From the NCBI GenBank assembly GCA_950073265.1, contig CATMPJ010000004.1, positions 1 to 47,313 on the forward strand: a stretch of 47,313 nt of DNA, given 5' to 3'. The notes under the pieces were generated by a model, which saw nothing but the letters and a program-made list of their open reading frames with translations, was not told the DNA's origin and searched no databases. This stretch comes from an uncultured bacterium (lineage in GTDB: Bacteria; Patescibacteriota; Minisyncoccia; Phycocordibacterales; UBA918). Shown piece by piece: positions 40,117-47,313 of this stretch. Made by a program: the position numbers and the translations under genes. The first letter of the stretch is position 1; each line of letters starts with the position of its first letter.

Positions 40117-40338
40117 TCAGCGCTCCTGAAATAGGGCGCTGATTTCGCTAATGGCTAGATTACCTATGGTTGACCGAGTTCGCTCGCTAACGACAAGGGA
40201 TACGATTGAAACAAGTAGCAATAAGACGCAACATGCTGCAATGAATCCTGAGACAAAACCATCTCTACGACCTTGTCCGTAATGACCGATTGCGGTCATA
40301 ATCTCGGTGTGGTTTTTGCACTGGCTGATGTTAATCAT
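40117..40338 (-). CDS. 73-aa single-TM hypothetical protein
   Basis: AGAGGAG SD before MINISQ; promoter TTGACA-N17-TGATAT; one hydrophobic helix. Confidence 0.6.
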   Translation of the reverse strand: MINISQCKNHTEIMTAIGHYGQGRRDGFVSGFIAACCVLLLLVSIVSLVVSERTRSTIGNLAISEISALFQER

Positions 40339-40445
40339 TTGGAACTCTCCTCTCTTTTGGATTAGATTCAATATCACATGCAGTCACACCTTTTGTCAAC
40401 AACTCAATCGTTTGAGATACTTTAAGTGTTAAAGAAGGGATAATT

Positions 40446-41060
40446 TTAGAGCTCACAAGTTAAGCCGCAGCTTTCGGGCGGGGCTGTGCCGCGTTCAGGA
40501 CAGGTACCAGAGTAGATGCAAGATTTGTCGGTGACTTCAAGCAATAGTGCTTGGATAGTTTCATTGTCGTTCTTGTTTCCGAAGTAAATAAGAACTCGGT
40601 CTTCTTCCTGAGTTACGTATTCTGCAGGGTCCTCAATCCGCTCATCATTTACAAATACCATCAACTCATCAGTATCACTGTTTAAGAAAGTAACACCCGC
40701 GTCTGTGGTGATGCGGTCTGATCCAAGTGTAAAGCCTAACGAACCAAAGAAATCACCAAGGGTAATACCACGGTCGTGTCGATGAATAACATCATCATTG
40801 TTGTCATGAAGATGTACGTGTTTATGCAGTGTCTGGGTGTTGCTAGTTTGGTACTTATCGTCCGACAGGTCAATCCGTACGCCGTCGAGATATACTAAAA
40901 AGTCGCTGTGCACGTGCACTTCTTCTTCATTGTCAGCGTACCCAATTGGATGAGGATTGTTTTGCTGTTCAGAAAGATGAGCTGTTTCATTTATAAAGGC
41001 GTATATAAAAAGACCTCCTACCAGTATTCCGATTATAAAGGCAATAATATTTTGGTTCAT
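40446..41060 (-). CDS. Membrane-anchored His/Cys-rich putative metal-binding protein
   Basis: N-terminal TM helix, HVHSD, HKHVHLHD, IHRH, C-terminal CIYSGTC..CGLTC. Confidence 0.75.
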   Translation of the reverse strand: MNQNIIAFIIGILVGGLFIYAFINETAHLSEQQNNPHPIGYADNEEEVHVHSDFLVYLDGVRIDLSDDKYQTSNTQTLHKHVHLHDNNDDVIHRHDRGITLGDFFGSLGFTLGSDRITTDAGVTFLNSDTDELMVFVNDERIEDPAEYVTQEEDRVLIYFGNKNDNETIQALLLEVTDKSCIYSGTCPERGTAPPESCGLTCEL

Positions 41061-41070
41061 AACAACTAAT

Positions 41071-41742
41071 CTACCAGTTTATTTCCGGTTTACCATGTTG
41101 GCGCAAATACTGATTTGTTTTTGAAAAATGTCCAGCATCAAAAAAGCCAGTATGAGCTGAGAATGGTGAGGGATGTGGTGCTTCGAGCACGAGATGTTTG
41201 TTGGTGTCAATAAGTGTCTTTTTAGAGCGAGCAAAGCTGCCCCAGAGTAAAAAGACTATATGCTCACGTTTGTCACTAATTTTTTTGATGACAGCGTCAG
41301 TAAATTGTTCCCAACCTCGGCCTTGGTGCGAGCCGGGTTTTGATTTCTCTACTGTCAGTGTGGCGTTTAGTAGTAAAACACCCTGCTTGGCCCAGCGTTC
41401 TAAATTACCGGAATCGGGTTGCTTGGTGCCAATGTCAGCTTCAATTTCTTTATAGATATTTTTGAGTGACGGGGGAATTCGAACGCCGTCAGCCACTGAG
41501 AATGATAATCCGTGTGCTTGGCCTTCGCCGTGGTACGGATCTTGTCCGAGTATAACGACGCGCACTTCACCCAGTGGGGTCAGATTAAATGCGTTAAAAA
41601 CCAGTGAAGCAGGCGGGTATACTGGCGGCTTGTTAAGAAGAAAGTCGGCCCTAATCTTTTCTGAAAGCTCTTTAAAGTACTCTTTATCAAACTCATCAGC
41701 CAAAGCCTCTTTCCATGAATATTCAATTTTTACATCTGTCAT
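41071..41742 (-). CDS. ung: Uracil-DNA glycosylase (family 1)
   Basis: GQDPYH, AHGLSFS, LLLNATLTV, HPSPFS. Confidence 0.97.
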   Translation of the reverse strand: MTDVKIEYSWKEALADEFDKEYFKELSEKIRADFLLNKPPVYPPASLVFNAFNLTPLGEVRVVILGQDPYHGEGQAHGLSFSVADGVRIPPSLKNIYKEIEADIGTKQPDSGNLERWAKQGVLLLNATLTVEKSKPGSHQGRGWEQFTDAVIKKISDKREHIVFLLWGSFARSKKTLIDTNKHLVLEAPHPSPFSAHTGFFDAGHFSKTNQYLRQHGKPEINW

Positions 41743-41751
41743 AGCACTGGT

Positions 41752-42612
41752 TTATTTTTGACATCCTGGACAATAATGGGTCCCGCGACCTGCGCAGCGT
41801 ATTTTCTTGATGGTTGAACCACATCGGCTACATTTCGTCCCTTGCTGTCCAAATACTTGTAAATAATCGGTAAAGTTGCCGTTCTCGCCCCCGGTATCTT
41901 TGAAATGTTGAAAGGTGGTGCCACCAACGGCAATGCTTTCTTTCATAACGGATCCGGCGGCGCACAGCGCCGCCGCTTCTGCTTTGGTAACCCGATTTGC
42001 ACGCCTGGTGGGACGGACTTGAGCACGCCAGAGTGCCTCATCAACGTAAATGTTTCCGAGTCCTGCCACAAAGGATTGATCTAGCAGAGCCGCCTTAACC
42101 GAAGTCTTCCGTTTGCGTAATGTTTCTCCAAACCAGTCACAATCAAACTCATCATCAATGGGTTCAGGACCAAATTTCTCACGTGCTTCTGCTACTTCAG
42201 CAGCAGTCGCAAGTTTGGTATAACCAAACAAACGCATATCATTGTAGTGTAGGGCAGTATGATCGGTAAAATGAAACGTGACCCGAGTATGTCGAGTCGG
42301 TAAATCGAGGTCGACTTTAGTAAAAGTGTGACCCCCGCCAGCAACATCACCTTGCTTATCAACGTAAAAAAACTGGCCAGTCATCTTAAGGTGCGCCAGT
42401 AAGAATAAATCATTCTCATTTTCAAATGAGAAAATCATGAGTTTTCCAATTCGATCAATATCCTCAATTGTTTTATTGATGAGTCGGTCTTCGACTGATT
42501 CATCGAAAGCGACTGTCTTGTTGTGAAATATTTCAACACTATCAATTGTTTTGCCCACCACCTTATGGCGTAGCTGCATTCGTACATGTTCTACTTCCGG
42601 TAACTCTGGCAT
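41752..42612 (-). CDS. mutM: Formamidopyrimidine-DNA glycosylase
   Basis: MPELPEVE, HLKMTG, GLGNIYVDE, C-terminal zinc finger CSRC..CPGCQ. Confidence 0.96.
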   Translation of the reverse strand: MPELPEVEHVRMQLRHKVVGKTIDSVEIFHNKTVAFDESVEDRLINKTIEDIDRIGKLMIFSFENENDLFLLAHLKMTGQFFYVDKQGDVAGGGHTFTKVDLDLPTRHTRVTFHFTDHTALHYNDMRLFGYTKLATAAEVAEAREKFGPEPIDDEFDCDWFGETLRKRKTSVKAALLDQSFVAGLGNIYVDEALWRAQVRPTRRANRVTKAEAAALCAAGSVMKESIAVGGTTFQHFKDTGGENGNFTDYLQVFGQQGTKCSRCGSTIKKIRCAGRGTHYCPGCQK

Positions 42613-42680
42613 GGTGTATGTATTGTACGCATTTGACTAAAAATTTCATCCCGTCCTCAAATACATGCTAGACTCACAAC

Positions 42681-43247
42681 ATGAAAACCCGCAGAAACAG
42701 GTTGATTGAATTTATTTTGGTAGTATCTATCATAGTAATAATTAGTTGCCTTCTATACTTTATTGGTGCAGAGCAAATTGTTGCGTATGTTGGGGTTGAA
42801 AACACCTATCTAGTACTCTTTTTTATCGCTTTATTTGGGGGCATGACTTCAGTTGGCGGCACATCGTATATTGCTTCAATTCTTACTTTCGTCAGTGGCG
42901 GCGCCGACCCTATGCTTGTTGCAGTAGCTGCCGGGCTAGGAACTGGTATTGGTGACACAGTGTATTTTTTGGCAGCTAAAAAAGGTAATAAGGTACTCTC
43001 GGAGGGTAGGATAAAACACTGGACAGAATCCTTCACTGCCTGGCTACGTTCCCACGGTGAAGCTTTTAAATTCTTTGTTATCTATCTTTATGTAGGCTTC
43101 ACACCATTGCCAAACGACCCTCTGACCATTGCTCTAGGGTTTGGTAACGCGCGCAAAAAAGTAGTGATACCGGCTTTATTTTTAGGAGATACGACATTAG
43201 CACTGCTGCTGGCCTTGTTTGGCAATAATCTACCATTTATTGGTTAA
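42681..43247 (+). CDS. Membrane protein, DedA/VTT-like
   Basis: AAGLGTGIGDTVYF and TPLPND motifs; multiple TM helices. Confidence 0.7.
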   Translation: MKTRRNRLIEFILVVSIIVIISCLLYFIGAEQIVAYVGVENTYLVLFFIALFGGMTSVGGTSYIASILTFVSGGADPMLVAVAAGLGTGIGDTVYFLAAKKGNKVLSEGRIKHWTESFTAWLRSHGEAFKFFVIYLYVGFTPLPNDPLTIALGFGNARKKVVIPALFLGDTTLALLLALFGNNLPFIG

Positions 43248-43252
43248 TTGAG

Positions 43253-43280
43253 TTGAATTCTTTGGTATTTCCGGTACAAT
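43253..43280 (+). promoter_or_regulatory. Promoter of the tRNA-Asn locus
   Basis: TTGAAT-N16-TACAAT, about 160 nt upstream of the mature tRNA. Confidence 0.6.
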
Positions 43281-43310
43281 GCCTGCACTCACACGAGTGA
43301 GCTACATTTT

Positions 43311-43418
43311 TCCGCCGTAGCTCATGGTGGAGTGAGCCAGTCTGGGGGACTGGCGCAAGAGGTTGCCAGCTCGTTAGAGCGTCAACCTGAACAGCTTCTG
43401 TAAGAAGGTCGGCTGTTA
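43311..43418 (+). repeat. Split copy of the tRNA-Asn 5' half interrupted by three hairpins
   Basis: TCCGCCGTAGCTCA (43311-43324) equals tRNA nt 1-14; GTCGGCTGTTA (43408-43418) equals the anticodon stem 5' strand and loop. Confidence 0.8.
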
Positions 43419-43438
43419 CGTTTGAATAATTTTTGTGC

Positions 43439-43510
43439 TCCGCCGTAGCTCAGTGGTAGAGCAGTCGGCTGTTAACCGATTGGTCGTAGGTTCGAATCCT
43501 ACCGGCGGAG
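43439..43510 (+). tRNA. tRNA-Asn(GTT), CCA not encoded
   Basis: Acceptor stem TCCGCCG/CGGCGGA, D arm GCTC..GAGC, anticodon loop CTGTTAA, T arm GTAGG-TTCGAAT-CCTAC, discriminator G. Confidence 0.97.
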
Positions 43511-43617
43511 CAAAGAAATTATTCTTCACTAAACGATTAGTTGTAAGCAAAGCTTGCTTGAACTGCATTCACAGCTTAAATGAATATGGGCATTCATTTT
43601 GCTATTCATTGGTTCAA

Positions 43618-43645
43618 GTAGGTTCGAATCCTACCGGCGGAGCAA
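43618..43645 (+). repeat. Exact direct repeat of the tRNA-Asn 3' end
   Basis: GTAGGTTCGAATCCTACCGGCGGAGCAA is identical to 43486-43513. Confidence 0.9.
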
Positions 43646-43710
43646 TATATTTACATTAAAAAAATTAATGTTATAATAAAAATAGTATTCAATACGGCAG
43701 AAGAGGGGAT

Positions 43711-43980
43711 ATGTTCATGTCGGTCGTTCATTATTTTCTAATCGCATTCGGTTTCATTCTTCTATTTCTAGGTTTTAGAAAAGCTTTTCAACTTGGACGT
43801 TATCACGAGCAGAATCGACACCGTCACAAGTGTCCGAAATGCAATACCATCTGGGAACATGGTGGGCTTGCTGTTCTGGTGTATAGAGCACACAATTGCC
43901 CGAACTGTGGAACTGAAGAAAGATATATATATCATGATCCTGCTCTAGATTTTCTCGAGATTATTTTCAAGTCTCGATGA
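43711..43980 (+). CDS. Small membrane-anchored zinc-ribbon protein
   Basis: N-terminal TM helix, CPKC..CPNC; GAGGGG SD; promoter TTTACA..TATAAT at 43650-43677. Confidence 0.7.
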   Translation: MFMSVVHYFLIAFGFILLFLGFRKAFQLGRYHEQNRHRHKCPKCNTIWEHGGLAVLVYRAHNCPNCGTEERYIYHDPALDFLEIIFKSR

Positions 43981-43989
43981 GTTCGAGTT

Positions 43990-44041
43990 CCGTCACCAGA
44001 AACGAAAACCAAAACTTCGTTTCGACGAGGTGGCGGTTTTT
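43990..44041 (+). terminator. Terminator of the zinc-ribbon gene
   Basis: CCGTCACC/GGTGGCGG with an inner GAAACGAA/TTCGTTTC stem, followed by TTTTT. Confidence 0.7.
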
Positions 44042-44156
44042 GTTTATTTAGATGCCAGAAAAGTTCGAACATCATCCCATAAGGGGAGCAAACGATTTTG
44101 GCTATATTTAGCAACAAAAATTAGTTCGAGTCCTGCAAGCAGGGTATACTCTTTCC

Positions 44157-44804
44157 ATGGAAAATGAAGTGGTTTTTGTAGCGGGCATACATGGAAACGA
44201 AAGACTACCAGTTAAAGCATTACAGGATGCTGGTGTTAAATTTGTATTAGGAAACCCTGTTGCGTACGAGAAAAATGTAAGATTTCTTGATCAAGATCTT
44301 AATGCTTCTTTTGGAACCGAGAATGAAACATGTGAATCTAAAAGAGCGGCTGATTTATTAATGGTAATTCCAGAAGAGAAATTAGTGATTGATTTTCACA
44401 CAACAACCGCTGAGACAGAACCTTTTGTAATTATAGTTGATAAAGCTCAAGTCGACTTTGCAAAAAGTCTCGGTATTAAAAAGATCGTCTTGATGTCACT
44501 TAATATAAAATCCGGCAAATCACTCATCAACTATCGTAACGGGGTTTCGGTTGAACTCGGACATCACGAAGATCTTGAAAATTCATACAATCTTCCAATG
44601 TCGATTTCAACGAATTTAGGTAAAATATTTGAGTGTGATGAATATGAGTTGTATGAAGTTTATGATGTGATCAAGGAAGAGGGTAATTTTCAAAACTTTA
44701 AGGAGTGTAATGAGTCATTCGTTCCGATTCTGTACGGCGAGCATTCTTATAGAGATGAAGGTATATTTGGCTTGAAAGCTAAATCAGTCCTAAGTTTTAT
44801 TTAA
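44157..44804 (+). CDS. Succinylglutamate desuccinylase/aspartoacylase-family (M14-like) hydrolase
   Basis: GIHGNE, RFLDQDLN, IDFH, VELG. Confidence 0.85.
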   Translation: MENEVVFVAGIHGNERLPVKALQDAGVKFVLGNPVAYEKNVRFLDQDLNASFGTENETCESKRAADLLMVIPEEKLVIDFHTTTAETEPFVIIVDKAQVDFAKSLGIKKIVLMSLNIKSGKSLINYRNGVSVELGHHEDLENSYNLPMSISTNLGKIFECDEYELYEVYDVIKEEGNFQNFKECNESFVPILYGEHSYRDEGIFGLKAKSVLSFI

Positions 44805-44922
44805 ATAAAGTTCGCACCACAAGAGTATTTCCGAGTTCATACTCCCTGTAGTCATTGAATTCTAGGTCAACGTCATCCCTTGGTGAGCATAAAAATATAA
44901 TTTGTGCTATCTTTTTAAGACT

Positions 44923-45561
44923 ATGACATACACATTCACCGTAGAAAAAAGAGAAGGAAAAATAAGTGATGATGCACTCTGCATGGGTGTTGTCTCAGGT
45001 GCTGAAATGGATTCAGTGCCCGTACAAATGAATCGAAAGGATTTCGTAAAACTCGTACATGAGGCCGGGCAAAATAATATTGTGACCCTCACCGGACTTG
45101 ATAAAGACGTAGAAGTGACCATTAAGCATATTGAACAAGCCCCATTTACCAATGAAGTACATCACGTAGAATTTTATGCTCTAAAGCGTGGTGTAGATAT
45201 GAACGCGGACGTGCCGCTAACATTGGTTGGTGAAGCTCCGGCAGCAGATCTTGAAGCAATCATTAACCAGCCGGTACATAGCGTAAGTATCTCGTGTCGT
45301 CCTAAAGACCTCATTCAGGAAATTGAAGTCGACATGACAACGCTAAAGGAAATTGGCGATACTATCACTGTTGCTGATTTGAAGACACCATCTGGCATTA
45401 CTGTCACGATGGAACCAAGCACGGTATTGCTATCAGTTGCTGCGACAAAAGAAGCAGAGCCGGATGAAGACCCAGAACCAGTTGACGCAGCTGATGTGCC
45501 GGAAGTTGGAGAAGGGGATGCTGACTCGTCGGAAGCCACAACTGAAGAAAAAGAAGCGTAA
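44923..45561 (+). CDS. rplY: 50S ribosomal protein L25 (long CTC form)
   Basis: VHHVEFY, DVPLTLVGEAP, CRPKDL..IEVD..IGDTITVADL, acidic tail. Start set at MTYTF. Confidence 0.9.
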   Translation: MTYTFTVEKREGKISDDALCMGVVSGAEMDSVPVQMNRKDFVKLVHEAGQNNIVTLTGLDKDVEVTIKHIEQAPFTNEVHHVEFYALKRGVDMNADVPLTLVGEAPAADLEAIINQPVHSVSISCRPKDLIQEIEVDMTTLKEIGDTITVADLKTPSGITVTMEPSTVLLSVAATKEAEPDEDPEPVDAADVPEVGEGDADSSEATTEEKEA

Positions 45562-45583
45562 TCATATTGATTACAGTACTTAG

Positions 45584-45606
45584 AAACTCGGACTAACCGA
45601 GTTTTT
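45584..45606 (+). terminator. rplY terminator overlapping the stop of the convergent gene
   Basis: AAACTCGG-actaa-CCGAGTTTTT. Confidence 0.6.
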
Positions 45607-45967
45607 GTTTACTTAATTTTTCTTCGACTATCATAATAAGTTCTTGAACACTTTTTATGTTGTTGATTTCTTCGCTACTCACTAAGATTTCTGGTAAGTT
45701 AGCCTTATTTGTTAATAGGATAGCAGGGAGTGAAATGTCTACAGCTGGATAGGAAGTTTTGAATTCGTCACGATGGAGAAAAGATTTCTTATAGGGAAGG
45801 GAATTGAGATATTCTTTCCACGGATTCTTCATCCTGATAGCGCCATACGTCACCATGCAGAGTTGACAGTCATACTTATCTGGAGCTGCTAATTTCTTAA
45901 CAAAGTCACTTGCGACTGCAAAAACGCTTGAGTCAGCATTGTAAACCAAGAGTAAGGTTTGTGACAT
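45593..45967 (-). CDS. Hypothetical protein with a CxxC motif (possible thioredoxin-like fold)
   Basis: LVYNADS..YDCQLCMVTYG..FLHRDEF..LPAI; looks like a genuine globular protein. Confidence 0.7.
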   Translation of the reverse strand: MSQTLLLVYNADSSVFAVASDFVKKLAAPDKYDCQLCMVTYGAIRMKNPWKEYLNSLPYKKSFLHRDEFKTSYPAVDISLPAILLTNKANLPEILVSSEEINNIKSVQELIMIVEEKLSKQKLG

Positions 45968-46087
45968 GTGCCAATACTAGCACACGCATTGGCAGGCATA
46001 CGTGAGATAAAAGTATGTTAGATTTGAATCACTGTACGAAAATAGTATAAAATTAAGTCTCGTTAAACCCTTGATAAATCTCCTGCT

Positions 46088-46426
46088 ATGAAAAAATCAC
46101 CTGAAAAAATTATTTCCGAACTTGAGACGATAGCAAATCTCATGGATTCACATTTTTCCATCGGCAAATTTACTTTTGGAATCGATGGGTTGATTGGTCT
46201 TCTTCCCGGAATAGGTGACACGCTGGGGGGCTTAATATCTGTCTATATCGTACTTAGAGGATATCAAGCTGGTGTCTCTAAAACTAAAGTCAGCAAGATG
46301 TTGTTACTGGTTTGGCTAGACGCTTTGTTTGGTTCGGTGCCTGTACTCGGAGACGTATTCGACTTCCTTTTTAAGGTCAATAAAAGAAACCTCGCGACGA
46401 TTAAAAAAGAACTTCGCGTGAGCTAA
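46088..46426 (+). CDS. DUF4112-family membrane protein
   Basis: LMDSHF..FGIDGLIGLLPGIGD..GSVPVLGDVFDFLFKVNKRN. Confidence 0.85.
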   Translation: MKKSPEKIISELETIANLMDSHFSIGKFTFGIDGLIGLLPGIGDTLGGLISVYIVLRGYQAGVSKTKVSKMLLLVWLDALFGSVPVLGDVFDFLFKVNKRNLATIKKELRVS

Positions 46427-46448
46427 AATATTATTTTTCCATATAAAT

Positions 46449-47300
46449 ATGCGTAATCTACAACTGCTAGTTAAAACCTCCCGACCCCACTTCTGGATAT
46501 ATGAAGCAGGTACTTTCTTACTCGGTGCTATCATCGCGGCAGTTTCAGTTTCAGAACTTATGACCAGCATAGTAATGCTGTGGGGCTTCTATTTCTTGAT
46601 TCCAGCCAATTTGCTCATCTATGGAGTCAATGACGTGTTTGACTACGAGACTGATATAAAAAATCCCAAGAAGATAACCTACGAAAGTGTCTTGCCAAAA
46701 GAAAAGCACCGTCTAGTGCTTTTGACAGTATTGCTGACTACAATGCCCTTCGTATACTTCACAACTCAATTTTCAATCTCTCAGTATATTGCAGTCGTTT
46801 TGTTCTGGTTTTGTGCGTTGTTTTACTCAATGCCACCAATCCGCGCCAAAGCCAGAGCTTTTGTGGACGGGTTATTTTCTGCGGGGCACTACGTCGCAAC
46901 GGGTATGTTTGGGTATTTCTTACTGCAGCCAGAGGCAGCGACTCCTTGGATTGCGATAGGTGGAGCGATGGCTTGGGCGATGGCTATGCACGCGTATTCT
47001 GCGGTACCTGACATAGAAGCTGATAGGGCAGCTAAACTGGAGACAACTGCAACTGTCCTGGGGGCAAAGCGGACATTATGGTACTGCACAGCCCTATACA
47101 CCATAGCTATGCTCGCAGGATATGTGCTATTCGGCTGGTTATCACTTATGCTTTTCGTCCCGTATCTATGTCTTATGTTTATTTCTTACCGGAAAGAAGG
47201 CCCGGCACTATTATCAGTGTATGCCTATTTTCCGTATCTAAATGCGTTTACAGGGATGATACTTTGTTTTATTGCCTTTTATAGTAACGGATGGTTATAA
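46449..47300 (+). CDS. UbiA-family prenyltransferase, lycopene elongase (LyeJ/CrtEb)-like
   Basis: SRPHFWIY, YGVNDVFDYETDIKNPKK, YSMPPIRAK, AVPDIEADRAA..TTAT. Confidence 0.85.
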   Translation: MRNLQLLVKTSRPHFWIYEAGTFLLGAIIAAVSVSELMTSIVMLWGFYFLIPANLLIYGVNDVFDYETDIKNPKKITYESVLPKEKHRLVLLTVLLTTMPFVYFTTQFSISQYIAVVLFWFCALFYSMPPIRAKARAFVDGLFSAGHYVATGMFGYFLLQPEAATPWIAIGGAMAWAMAMHAYSAVPDIEADRAAKLETTATVLGAKRTLWYCTALYTIAMLAGYVLFGWLSLMLFVPYLCLMFISYRKEGPALLSVYAYFPYLNAFTGMILCFIAFYSNGWL

Positions 47301-47313
47301 CTCAGTTAGTGGT

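Noticed and set aside
43311-43645. Group I intron or CRISPR array at the tRNA locus
   Set aside because: I could not identify a P7/catalytic core, an uninterrupted tRNA is present, and the repeats are tRNA-derived with no regular repeat-spacer period or cas genes.
43435-43659. 74-aa ORF with a repeated VGSNPTGGA peptide
   Set aside because: It is a translation of the tRNA and its 3' repeat, not a protein.

Overview
A gene-dense housekeeping region from a small-genome bacterium using genetic code 11 (TGA is used as stop). Gene style and content suggest Patescibacteria/CPR, Parcubacteria-like; this is an inference. Core content: 3' part of a short smc, rnr, rpsP-khpA-NUDIX-trmD, rpoB-rpoC-dnaG-rpoD, a UvrD-type helicase-nuclease, a DsbA-family protein, uppP, a DEDD exonuclease, hisS, prmC, an ABC-2 exporter, class I aldolase, rpmG, a TruB-like enzyme, a complete 9-gene V/A-type ATPase operon, ung, mutM, tRNA-Asn(GTT), rplY and a lycopene-elongase-like UbiA prenyltransferase. 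No CRISPR array, transposase, integrase or rRNA is visible. The most unusual signals are: (1) a nested tRNA-Asn locus, where the intact tRNA sits on a long leader/trailer helix between split 5' and 3' tRNA-Asn copies interrupted by hairpins; (2) a candidate ~65-nt sRNA with its own promoter and terminator between rnr and rpsP; (3) two translation-initiation styles, with near-leaderless core genes versus small promoter+SD ORFan cassettes; (4) altered RNA polymerase trigger-loop and rifampicin-pocket residues; (5) an apparently hinge-less SMC; (6) a Na+-type rotor ring. All RNA structures were paired by eye and all protein calls come from motif recognition, not database searches.
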